Shown here: positions 41,754-53,830 of the stretch, piece after piece
Layout: every line of letters begins with the position of its first letter
Position numbering within the stretch: the first letter of the stretch is position 1
Assembly: GCA_964016885.1 (NCBI GenBank)
Contig: OZ024747.1
Coordinates: 47,058,001-47,122,000, forward strand
Source: Eledone cirrhosa
Lineage: Eukaryota
DNA: 64,000 nucleotides
Direction: 5' to 3'
The notes under the pieces: model-generated
What the model was told of the DNA's origin: nothing
Database searches by the model: none
Seen by the model: the letters and a program-made list of their open reading frames with translations, nothing else
Made by a program: the position numbers and the translations under genes

Positions 41754-44700
41754 GGGGAGAACGACCCCTCTAGTCTTCGTTGACACTCGTTCTAGAAGTG
41801 GTAACACGAAATGATTACCCCTTGGCGGATAAGGATAAAACGCGACAAAATAAAGTAAATGTCTAATGATAAAATCTCATACCGGATCGGCCGTCATCCG
41901 GGTAAAAAAGGGCCGTGTCCCTCAGAGAGGAACCAGACTGGGGTCGAAAAATCAGCTAATGGTTCAAACCTTCCCATCACTTCGGAGCTGGAGACCTCCC
42001 ATATCCGGAATACTCCTACTGTTGGCCCTCCATGCTCACCACCAAGAAATCCAAAGAAAAAGAGAGAAAAATGGTCAAGGGAAGATAATAAAGAAGTCCT
42101 TGAGGCTTTCTACACTGCCATGTACTACCCATCAAATACATCGAATACAGAACAGACATATATCAACTGGAAAAAGAAACATCCCGAAAACAGAGGCTAT
42201 ATTGACAGTAACAAACTAGCCAATATACGAAGAAATATTGTAAGAAAAAAGTTACTAACTGATATAGAAATTGATCAGATCAAGCTATTAGCACAAAGTC
42301 AGCGAAGGGAAAATGAAACATGTGTCAGTGAAAACGAGGTAAACTGTAACACTTCGAATCCCAGGGTTGGGGCGGAATCACTGGCAACAGAACAAATTAA
42401 AGAAAGGATCGAAAAAGTGGAGGGAGTGCATGCTCAGGATGAAACTCCAAATGAAAATAATGAGATCGTAAATGATAAAGAAATGAATGAGAATGAACTT
42501 GCCAACTTGAAGGATGAAATTATGATCGAATGGATGAAAATGAAAGAATCTGACATGGGGCAACGAGACACCCTCCCTAAGATCCAGAACTCCAAACAGA
42601 ACCAAAAGATAATACACAAGACTAACATAATTCTCAAAAACATTATCATCACAAACAAACTAAACATTACTGATTTAAATCATCTCTATTATGCATCGGC
42701 TAAAGTCACCACTCACTTATGTGGAGTGAAGATGAAAAAACAAAGGAATTTCCACAAGAAATCTACTTGGCAAGAGAACATCAATCGCCAAATAAACCTT
42801 CTCCGATCTGACATGGAAATTTTAACAAACTATAAAGTAGGTGAACATGTTAAACAAACTAAACTTAGAAAATTGAAAAAAAGTACAGTATAAAATCAAC
42901 ATGTGACATAGACATGCTGATAGAAATAATCAAGCAGAAAGTGTCGGCCAAAGCTGCTCGTATAAGGCGCTTTGAAAAACGATCTAGATTCTATAAGGAC
43001 AATAATATGTTCAAAAACAACCAAAGAAACTTCTACAGAAAAATTGGTAAGTCAACAATAACTGCTAAATCAATACCACCCAAGGAGGAAGTGCAAGAAT
43101 TCTGGGAAAAGATCTGGGCCGAAGAAAAAGTTCATAACATACATGCCCCATGGATAGACAGACAAATGAAAGATACAGCTCACCTTGAAGAACAAATATG
43201 GGAAAAAATAACAGTTGAACAGTTGCGCTTGGCTCTAAGAAAAACCAGCAAATGGAAATCCCCAGGAAAAGACAAAATACAAAACTTTTGGATAAATGCC
43301 TTCACAGAGTCTCATGAGCTGTTAGCCCAACTTTACAATGAAATAGTTAAGGAGCCAGAAAAGATACCATCATGGCTAGTTAACGGCATTACATTCCTTC
43401 TTCCGAAGAATGATGAAACAAACAATCCCAAAAATTACAGACCGATAACTTGATGACCACAATGTATAAAATTTTAACATCAGTCCTAACTGAATACACA
43501 TATGACCACCTGATAAGAAATGACCTATTTCCCATTGAGCAGAAAGGGTGTAAACGAGGCTCATATGGCTGTAAGGATCAGCTTCTGGTTAACAAAGTGA
43601 TACTGGAAGATTGTCATAATAGACACAAAAATCTATCGATTGCTTGGATAGATTATAAAAAAGCATTCGATAGTTTGCCACACAGTTGGATTGAAAAATG
43701 TTTAGAGATTTTCAAAATATCCCCCCGTTGTCAGGAGGTTTTTGTCATTCAGTATGAAGACATGGAAAACGACACTCCTTTTGAATAGTGAAACAAAATC
43801 ACTGGAAGCTGGAGAAGTTAATATTAATTGTGGAATTTTTCAGGGTGACTCTTTATCACCGCTTTTATTCTGCATCGCACTTATACCATTAAGTAAAATG
43901 CTCAATGAAACAAAACATGGATATAAAGTCTACGACAAAACCATTAATCACTTGTTCTACATGGATGACCTGAAACTATTTGCAAAAAATGATGAACAAT
44001 TGCAAGGGCTATTATCCACTGTGGAGCAGTTCAGTGATGACATTAAAATGGAGTTTGGACTAGATAAATGCGCCAAAGCAACGTTCACCAGAGGAAAGCT
44101 GCTGAAGAGTTCAGACATTAATCTTGATCGGGGGAACGTGATAAGAGAACTTGATCAAGAAAAAACTTACAAATATCTAGGTGTTTGTGAAGGAGACGGA
44201 ATCAAGCACTCGACAATGAGGGAAAGGATAAGGAAGGAATGTTACCGCAGAGTAAGAGCAATCTTAAGAACGGAATTGAATGCAAGGAATAGGATCGATG
44301 CCAATGCCATAAACACGCTTGCCATACCAGTAGTAACCTACAGTTACAATGTCATCAACTGGTCAAGCACAGAGATCCGTAGGCTCGATACAAAAATTCG
44401 AAAATTCTTAACCATGCACAGAATGCATCACCCTAAGGCAGATATAGATAGAATATATATCCCTAGGAAAGAAGGAGGACGTGGGTTAATCCAGTTAGAC
44501 ATTGCGTTGAAAACTGCAACAATTGGATTATCTACATATCTAAGGGAATCACATGATTGGATGATCAAACTCGTTTTGAAACACGAAAGCATCAAAAGAT
44601 CATATTCCATTACAAAAGATGCACAAAGATACAGTAATGGACTACAAATTTCAGAAGTCCCATTTACTGCTGAAATGGAAAACACATAAAAAGCAAAGCA

Positions 44701-45657
44701 GGTAAAAGTAACTGCAAAGAAAGAACTGCTACAGAAACTGGCTAAGAAATGGCAAGAAAAGCCTCTGTATGGAAAATACCCAGAGCGAGCTAACAATCCT
44801 GATGTTGACAAAACTTTAACCCATGAGTGGTTGGCATCCTCTGGACTGAAACCGGAGACTGAAGGACTGATTATATCAGCACAAGATCAGTGTCTGCCAA
44901 CAAAAAATTACCAAGCCAACATAATAAAAAATGGATGCAGCCCATTATGCCGTGTATGCAAAAAAGAACCAGAGACCATTGACCATATAATTTCAATGTG
45001 CAGTCCTATAGCTCCAACCGAATACCTAAACAGGCATGACAGAGCTGCACAATACATACATTGGATAATGTGTAAGCATTTTGACCTGCCCCATCAAAAG
45101 AATTGGTGGGAGCATCAACCACCTCCCATACTTGAAAAAGATCACATCTCAATCTTGTGGAAATTTAGCATCCAAACAGACCGAAAAATAGATGCAAATA
45201 GACCTGATATAATATTGAAGGACTTTAAAAAGAGGGTATGCCTGCTAATTGATATGTCTGTTCCAATAGACAAGAATGTATCTATAAAAACATTTGAAAA
45301 ATTGAGCAAGTATAAGGACCTGGAGATAGAAATTGGAAAAATGTGGAAATTGAGAACTAAAACAATACCAGTGGTTGTAGGCGCTCTGGGAATGATACCT
45401 AAGGGGTCTAATGATTACTTATCGCAAATCCCAGGAAACCCGCGTATAGGAGAAATACAAAAGATAGTACTAATGGGAACTGCCCATATACTAAGGAAGA
45501 TTCTGTCAATATAAGTACATCACAAGTCTAAACACTAAAGAGGCATGTGTGAGTATGTATGTTCTTTCTTGAACATGGCGGACCTTGTTGTCTCTTGAGG
45601 TCACTGGTTGTGACTTGGTGATAACTCGTATGAACATAAAGCAAGATGAATGCAACT

Positions 45658-45660
<3 letters not shown>
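41751..45660 (+). mobile_element. R4/Dong-like RLE non-LTR retrotransposon, near full length, in (AAT)n
   Basis: RT motifs KSPGKD, YRPIT, WIDYKKAFDS, GIFQGDSLSP and YMDD; CCHC motif CRVC..HIISMC; RLE motifs RHD, RPDI and K..KY. (AAT)n runs flank both ends. Confidence 0.9.
41859..45514 (+). pseudogene. Frameshifted RT-RLE polyprotein (4 frameshifts: ~42880, ~43450, ~43740, ~44688)
   Basis: Five ORF-track pieces join into one R4-type ORF. The gap 44689-44830 reads KAKQVK...WQEKPLYGKYP...HEWL in frame with the last piece. Confidence 0.88.
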
Positions 45661-45701
<41 letters not shown>

Positions 45702-45704
<3 letters not shown>

Positions 45705-45985
45705 GGACTTAAAGTGGGAGGTAAAAAGCATTTGGAACTGCCATGAAGTCAAAGTGATCCCGATTGTCATAGGCGCACTAGGGACTATCTCAAAAAGTTT
45801 CCAGGGATGGTTAAAGAAAATTGGTCCCTTCACGCTTTTTGGAACGCTTCAAAAGGCATGCTTGCTGGGAACAGCAAGAACCCTCCGATACGTCCTGAAT
45901 ATCTGAGGCTGCAGGTAGTGGCTTGATATTCATTTCAACAAACTTTCCAGTTAACTAACATCAATGACTGAGACTCAAAGAGTAA
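45702..45985 (+). mobile_element. 5'-truncated second RLE (R4-like) element in the same (AAT)n
   Basis: DLKWEVKSIW..VIPIVIGALG..LQKACLLGTARTLRYVL is homologous to the C-terminus of the upstream element, followed by a 3'UTR and (AAT)n. Confidence 0.85.
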
Positions 45986-46007
45986 TAACAATAATAATAA
46001 TAATAAT

Positions 46008-46465
46008 AATTGTTTCTACTTTAGGCACAAGGCCAGCAATTACCCAGTGCATTACTGGTAATAAATGTGAAGACTAAAATCCAAAGAGGGCTCGATAAGG
46101 ATAAATATATATCAAATATATAAGAACCCTAGAGCAAATATTTATTAAAATAACAGATTAAAGTTTAAGCAAAGAATCGCTGCTTTCACCTTTAACGGGA
46201 TCTTCTGAAACTAAAAAATAAAACGTTTATTGATTGGTGACGCGCGTCACCAATCCATAAACGTAATGAATACATAAATCGTCCTCGGCAGAATCTCGGA
46301 CGCCATGCTTTGACGCATTGAGTTACGGCCCTTGCCATGCTCAGTTCAAATCCCGCCGAGGTTAACTTTGCCTTTCATCCTTACGGGGTCGATAAAATAA
46401 AGTACCAGTAATATACACTGAGGTAATAGCTGGCCTTGTGCCAAAAGTAGAAACAATTATTATTA
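46008..46465. mobile_element. Composite: inverted SINE tail + reversed PLE 3' end (46067-46265) + SINE (46295-46460, +)
   Basis: 46067-46212 is the reverse complement of the PLE terminus and is capped by the hairpin acgtttattgattggtgacgcgcgtcaccaatccataaacgt. Confidence 0.75.
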
Positions 46466-47269
46466 TTATTATTATTATATATATGTGTGCGTGTGTGTAT
46501 ACACACATAAATATACATATTTATATATGAGTATATATATATGAGGGGTAGTGATTATGGCAGATCTGTTTGAGCGATGCTGTTTGTATATACTTGAGAC
46601 AGTTTTGAATCAATCAGCACTCCACATTGACATATGAGAAGTGCCGTTAGAATACTATATCTTATCTACCTGGTGCTTTTATGGTATCAATTCAAATTCT
46701 GCCAGATTAAATTTCGAAGACAAACGATAAAATTATATCAGTTTGATACTGAAGTCAAAGAAATTCGCTACACCTCTTCCTTCCTTAATTTGGCGTTATG
46801 CCCATTTAAGAGAAGCTAATATCGTGTTTTGTTTGAGTAAATAGTTGCTACTACTACTTAATTTGATACTTTTATCTAGTTTCTAACTGCCTAGAGTGAT
46901 TCAACACTTCGCCATTTGTGGCAAAGTGTGTATAAGTTTACGAGGAATTGGAAACTGGCAGGAAAGCAATATATATACTCACATGCAACCATCGTTGTAG
47001 ATTCTGTGACTGTAACAGTGCAAAGTTCGAAAGAAGAAAGTTAAAGATTTTAGGAGGAATTAATACGAGTCTTGTTAAGACTGTTTGGTCTGGGGCTGAA
47101 AACAAAGAAAGACCCATTGATATCACTGAAAATAGGAGTTACGTGCTGTAAGTTAAGCGTCGTAGTGGCATGGATATGAACTGGAAACTTTCCAAAGACG
47201 GGTGCCGAATAAATGACTGCATTTTCATAGTTACTATGCAATCTGTGTTATGGAATCTGTAATGACTTG

Positions 47270-47525
47270 ATACCGGATATTGAATATTAAAACAAAACAA
47301 ACCTTACAGGCGACAATTTAATAAGAAAAGCTATATCTAAAAGCAACCGAAGTGGGAAACTGGAAATCAGAAATGTCATCCAAATTTATCTCGTTCAGAG
47401 TTTCATACATATACGGCTTATGGTCATCAAAGAATTTCTGGATATTTTAAAAGAAACTAAATAAAAGGTACCATTTCCATACTAGATGTTGCAAGTCTGC
47501 TTACTAAGGTTCCATTGACAGAAAG
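47270..47525 (+). mobile_element. Degenerate Penelope-type RT fragment
   Basis: LDVASLLTKVPL (~47482-47517) matches the PLE RT motif LDVxSLFTxVP. Confidence 0.45.
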
Positions 47526-47538
47526 AAACACTAGAATT

Positions 47539-47635
<97 letters not shown>

Positions 47636-47761
47636 ATAATAATAAAATTGAAGACTAAAATCCAAAGAGGGCTCGATAAGGAAAATATATATCAAATATA
47701 TAAGAACCGTAGAGCAAATATTTATTAAAATAACAGAGCACTCTACTGACTTATATTCATC

Positions 47762-49891
47762 ATGCAGAAACAACATCTGAATATTTCTACAAAGAACATA
47801 CCCGTACCAAGCAGGAAAACATACCTAAAACTCCTGATACAGAAAACAGACGCGTTCATTAAAAGGTTGCGTTGGCGTGCCTTTTATTTCGATAATCCGC
47901 GAAAAGCAGACAACAAACGGGATAAATTTGGATTTAAAACTTATAATAACCCTCCGTGGAACCCAGCATTGCTACCCTTCGAAAATGATGTCTTGGAACT
48001 CATTCGGAATATCAAATTTCGGAATAGGAGCAATTCCTTCCAGCAATACCTGAAGAATAGAATTCGTTCTATTAAGGATTCTAACGCCGTGCACGTCCAT
48101 TCCGACAAAACTGGCAACCTATATCAAGTGGAGCACAGTACTTACCATCAACTACTACATAATGCTGTAACTAAGGATTACCGTAAAACTAATCGGTGCG
48201 TCATCAATGAAATCAACGATGCTGGGTTTAAAATCACATCCGATCTCAACATCCTGGACCGGACCGAACCTCTGGACCCTATCTCTCCCCACTTTACCCT
48301 GAAGGATCACAAATCCAATTTTCCGAACAACCCCTCTATTCGGCTTATTAACCCTACGAAGTCCGATTTAGGTAGACTTAGTAAAACGATTCTTGATAGA
48401 ATTATACCTGAAATTAGAAGTTTGGCCCCTCTCGCACTGTGGAATAATTCTTTCGCGGTGATTGATTGGTTCAACGGCATATGTAACAAGGAACATTGCC
48501 GTTTTATCCAATTCGACATCAACAATAACTACTCCTCCATCACTTTACCACTTCTCCTTAGAGCTATCAATTTCGCTAAAACACTCACAGTGGTTAAGGA
48601 TTTTGAAGTTGATGTCATCCTTAATGCCCGAAAGTCGGTGATTAATTTCGACGACTCTATTTGGATTAAAAAATCCAATAGTACCCCATTCGACGTGAGT
48701 ATGGGCGCCAGTGACTCTGAGGAGGTTTCTGATCTTATTGGCCTTTTCCTTCTTTTCTCTATCAAGGACGAATTCCCCAACGCGGGCGGTGGTTTGTACC
48801 GTGACGATGGTCTTTTGACCATGACTAAGTGCGGACCTCGTGCTTGCGACAGGTTCAGAAAAGAACTCACAGCCTTCTTTAAAGGCTTCAACCTCTCTAT
48901 ACAGGTTGAGGCCAATCTCTCGGTCGTTAATTACCTCGACGTTACCCTCAATTTATTGAATGGGTTGTATTACCCGTATAGAAAGCCGAATGATACGCTT
49001 AATTACATAAGTAAGCATTCCAACCATCCTGCCAGCATAACCAAGAACCTGGTAAGAAACGTTTCGTTGAGGCTTTCCCGTCTTTCCACCAACGAGCGCA
49101 TTTTCAACGACCATTCCACTTATTACAATGAAGCTCTTGCTCGAAGTGGATTTGTCGATAAGGTAGCATATACAGAGTATGAAAATAGACCTAGAAGAAA
49201 TAGATCCCGTCGCATTTGTTGGTTTAACCCACCATATAATATGGAGGTGGCCACACCATTAGCTAAGATCTTTCTTTCCCTTATTACGAAGCATTTTCCC
49301 CCTACACATAAATATAGTAAAATTTTTAATAGAAATACTATTAAAATTTCTTACTCTACGACTCCTAACCTTGCACATAACATCACAGCTTCAAATTTAG
49401 CTAAACTACCTAGCCGAAGGAACACGTGCAACCCTGTAGTTAGTACTAACTGTAATCGTAGGAATCGGGCTGATTGCCCCCTATCCGGGAAATGCCTCTC
49501 TAGTAACATTGTCTACAAATGTAAGGTTGTAACACCCACGTCCCGTAGGGCCTACATAGGGTTTACCGCCAATAGTTTCAAGCAGCGTCTTTACATGCAT
49601 ACCCATTCTTTTCGTTACCCTCTAAGAAGGAATATGACGTCACTTTCAGCTTATATCTGGAGTCTAAAAGACAACCACACCCAATATAACTGACACTGGG
49701 AGATCCTAGCTAGGGCTAGATCGTATAACGGAAATAAAAGACCATGTGACCTCTGCGCCGCTGAGGCCCTGGAAATACTCTACGCCACAGACCATATCTT
49801 AAACAAAAAATCTGAGGCAATTTCGGCTTGTAAACATAAATTGCACAAAACTTTCCTGTATTACAGCCCCACGTTATACCCTAACGGATAG
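47762..49891 (+). CDS. PLE reverse transcriptase-GIY-YIG endonuclease (708 sense codons plus one in-frame TGA at 49691-49693)
   Basis: Motifs FDI..YSSI, MGASD, YRDDG, YLDVTL, SNHP, WFNPPY, CPLSGKC and NIVYK..YIG.T..FKQR. The frame continues after TGA as HWEILARARSY..CDLC..E..LNKKSE..CKH to TAG at 49889-49891. Confidence 0.88.
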
Positions 49892-50473
49892 CACGATCTA
49901 TACGTGGATATTTTACGTCTTGATGTGGTAGCTAAGTATATGTTTTGTTTATTCCTTTACTTATTTGCATAGGTAAGTATATATTACCCATATGTTTTGT
50001 GAAGGTATGTATACCTTCTCGTACGTATATTTGACTGTTATGGCGTATCATTTTTACATATTCTGGTATTTAGGGTTTGGCTATGTGTATACGGGAGTTT
50101 TGCGTCCGAGTGAGTATGCAGCTTCGTACGTATGGTGGGTGTGTGTATATGTGTACTTCTTGTTTTAGTTGACTTACGTCTCCGAACATTCGTGTATTTA
50201 TATGTAGGTATGTGTGTGCGCTTGTTATATACGTATTTATTTACTTATATACGTTTATATAATTATTTATTTATTTGTACACAAGCATACACACACACAC
50301 ATTTTTATATGTGCGTGGTTTTGTATAACTATGGTAAGGTTTTGCGTATGCTTGTGTATGTACGTATCTGTTTGCGTGTATGTATTTATTTGTTTCTATT
50401 ACTTCTGTATTGTATTTATTTACTTTGTTCTTAACTCTGTAGCGGAGATTCATTTGGTCTCCTAGTTAGAATT

Positions 50474-50730
50474 TTAGTCTACGACTTCTGCTATACCATT
50501 TACGTGGTTTTGTCTTTGCGTGCTTTTGTTCTCCACGCTCCACTAATGACTTATTATCTTCGTTTTTTCGTTCATTGCCAGAGAACGTCTCTATGCACCA
50601 CCTCAGAGAACATTAGTCTACGACCTCTTTTATACCATAAACGTTGTTTTGTCTTTGCGCGGAATTGTTTTTCACCGCTCCTATTAATGACGTATTATTC
50701 GTTTTTTCCCGTTCTTTGCCAGCGAACGTT
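50474..50730 (+). repeat. ~139-bp tandem duplication within the PLE 3'UTR
   Basis: ttagtctacgac..tataccat..gttttgtctttgcg..taatgac..ttgccag occurs at 50474 and 50613. Confidence 0.85.
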
Positions 50731-51090
50731 ACCACGAACCAAAGTATCGTCTTCCTGTCTTCCTCCAGTTGCAACGTTTTTTGAAATATCCAGTTCTGCG
50801 TTTACAGATTGACTTTGTTAGCTTCAGAAGATCCCGTTAAGGGTGAAAGCAGCGATTCTTTAATCTGTTATTTTAATAAATATATACATATATATATATA
50901 TTGAAGAACGCTCAGATAAAATTTACCCAACTTTTCTTCTTAATCCGTAGAAATTAACTAGATAAATAATCATTTAAACGGAGCTAAGTTTAAAATGTAA
51001 CATTGAAGAAATAACAGATAAATGTTATCGATATTCATTTATGAGGAGCAGATAAAATTTACCTAATCTTTCCTCTTAGTCCGTAGAAAC

Positions 51091-51252
51091 TACCGTATTT
51101 CCCAGCGTCGAAGACGCTACTTTTTTCCTAAAATAAGTCTCAAAAATCTACCATGCGTCATGGAGGCCGAAGGTTGTTTATTATTATTATTTTTTTTTTT
51201 TTTAATTTTTGGTTGTCAAAATTAGGGCGCTTCCTCGAGGACGAAGCGTTTA
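51091..51252 (+). mobile_element. pogo/Tc1-like MITE left-end fragment inside a ~137-bp local duplication
   Basis: TA-ccgtatttcccagcgtcgaagacgc terminus. The flanking cagataaaatttacc..tccgtagaaa..taactaga.aaataa occurs twice (~50912 and ~51049). Confidence 0.45.
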
Positions 51253-52024
51253 GTAACTAGACAAATAACCATTGTTTAAAGGTGGATGAATGTTGCAAGA
51301 ATGGCCTGACTGGGGTGGGCTACTCTGAACATGTGTCTGTAGGTGATGAGTTCAGAGAGAATGGATAGCTTCTAAGGGTGCTATATGTGATCAGGATGGT
51401 CTTGAAACAGTGGGGTTCTTAAACTACCCCTGGAAGATGCTCCGCCCTATAGAGTAATTCTGTTATTTATTGTCGATTATAACCTGTTTTCCTTTTTTTA
51501 CTAGTTTTTATGTAAATCCTCACTGTCCATTTTTTTGTTTTTGTTTTTGTTTTTGTTTTGTTCTTTTGTTTCGGTCCTAACTGTTAATAAAGAAATAATT
51601 GCTGTTGTTGTTCTTGTTGTTATTATCATAATTACTATTACAATGAGTAAAATAATCTTTAGAAATATATCAGTAACAAACATCGGGAGACAGAATTAGA
51701 AAAATAACGAGGAAGAAAAATCATGAAACTACAGTAAAAACATAATTCTTAATCGGGTTTCAAATTTGTCTTCTTTTTTGTTTGATTTTTATTTAATTTC
51801 TGTATTCCACTCTTCATATTCTAGTTTTATTTTTTTGTTTCTTTTATTTCGATTCTGATTTTTTAGTTTTTATGTTTTGTTTTGGGGGCTGTTTTTCTTT
51901 CCCAAATCATTACAATAGGAGTTACCGTAGCAAGAAAACAAAACAAAACAATTCTTAGTAGAGACAATGATGAGACCAACTATAATAATGAATACTGCAT
52001 CAACAGATCTACTTGGCAACACTA

Positions 52025-52087
<63 letters not shown>

Positions 52088-53388
52088 CTGATTTTCGTGA
52101 CGGTTGTGGTGGTGTTGCTGTTTACGTTTTTGGCGGGTGTTATTAATGATGATGACCTTGTTGTTGGTAGTAGAGCTAGTGGTGTTGATGTTGTTGGTGT
52201 TTGTGGTGGTAGTAGGAGTGGTTGTTACAGTGGTGGTGGTTGTGGGTATGGTGGTGATGACGAGAAGCATGAATTCTATCATAGTTTCTATGTTAGAAAA
52301 GATGTAAAATAATCATCGCACACAAGATGATGAGTTGAAGAGGAAGAAGAAGAAGGTAGAGGAGAAACGGGGGGGGGGGGGTAGTAGGAGGAAAGTTTTT
52401 TTTTAAACAATATATATGTTTATATTTCAGACAATTTATATTTCTTAGCAATGATCACATATATTAACAACCACAACCATGTTCCTGAGGCCCTATGTTT
52501 TCACTTTTATATCAAAATAAAGGTTGTATAGATAAATATTTTGTTGTTGTTTAAACACATAGCAATTCTGATAAGTAGACCCATAAATATTTCGTCTCTT
52601 TAAGGATGTGTTGAAATAGATTATCAAATGTTTTCTTGAAGACGGTAGATTAATTCTGAAGTAGATTTGGCCGCTATCTTTAGCAGATGTAGTGACTACA
52701 TAGAGGTTTTCTATGCAGTGCGTCAGTTTTATAATCTATTATATATTTGGTATGTAGCAATAGTACGGTTCTAATATTATGTGATATTACTCTTCAAACT
52801 ATCAAAATGGGCAAACGTAAGCCATTCAGATATCATTAAGAAATACAAAGATGAAAACTTCTACATTCCGAGAGCTACCTTCACATCTTGCAAACAATGC
52901 CTCCATCTCAAAAGGCTGCAATTCTAACTTACAAGGATCTTAAAACTAAAATAAAATATGGAAATTCAAATAGCACACATAATAATTGGTGAAGTGAAAC
53001 TTCAAGAACTGGGAACTTCATATAAAAGCTAAGAATGATGAAGGAACTAAAGAAAATAGTTGCATCTCATTCAAATCACAGCCTACTATCTGTAATAAAA
53101 TGAAAGTCTAATGAGCTAGCGAAGCACTCGCTACACATTCACTCATATTGCTAGGAAAAACAATAAAACCCCCTCAAATCCCCCTTAGAAATTCATGTTG
53201 TTTGAATAAAGGTTACATTGTCATATCTAGTAAATCATTGATCATGGGATTACCCAATATAAATTACGTTGGAACTAAATAACAATACCAATCAGATCTA
53301 GTCGTAATATATGTACCATTGAAACGATCGTACGGAACACTATTAATAAAGAGACACAACACAAACACACATGATATACGCACGCACT

Positions 53389-53493
<105 letters not shown>

Positions 53494-53524
53494 GTATATA
53501 TATATATATTTATATATATATATA

Positions 53525-53830
53525 GTAGATGGTAGATCTCAAAAGGAGTAAAGCTAAATGTCATATGGAAAAGTAACTCCATAAGTTTTCCAACGAACCT
53601 GAAGCTATACAAGTCCTTAGTGACTTCGATCCTTTTGTATGGGTTTGAGAATTGGACTCTCATAGCAGACATGGAACAAAGAACCCAGTCATTTGACCAC
53701 AAGTGCTTCACATATACACCATGATTGGGAAGTGATGTGGATCGATGATCAAAAATATCCACTCGCTTACTGAAAGGAAAAACACTGTTAAACGGTGGAG
53801 CAGAAAAGATGATGATAAAGAGCCAGAAAT
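53525..53830 (+). mobile_element. Degenerate RTE-like LINE fragment
   Basis: IWKSNSISFPTNLKLYKSLVTSILLYGFENWTL..FDHKC. Confidence 0.65.

Larger units (their letters stand above)
47631..50883 (+). mobile_element. Penelope-like element with inverted 5' terminal repeat, inserted in (TA)n
   Basis: RT + GIY-YIG ORF, ~1-kb 3'UTR, and 47631-47736 is the reverse complement of the family 3' terminus. Confidence 0.92.

Noticed and set aside
41751-41858. HDV-like ribozyme in the 5'UTR of the R4/Dong-like element
   Set aside because: An L3-like tcttcgt is present, but I could not assemble the P1/P2/P3 pairings by eye; it needs a descriptor search.
52013-52312. 99-aa ORF with poly-Met, a hydrophobic stretch and a Gly-rich tail
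   Set aside because: It is made of (ATG)n and (GGT/GTT)n degenerate trinucleotide repeats.
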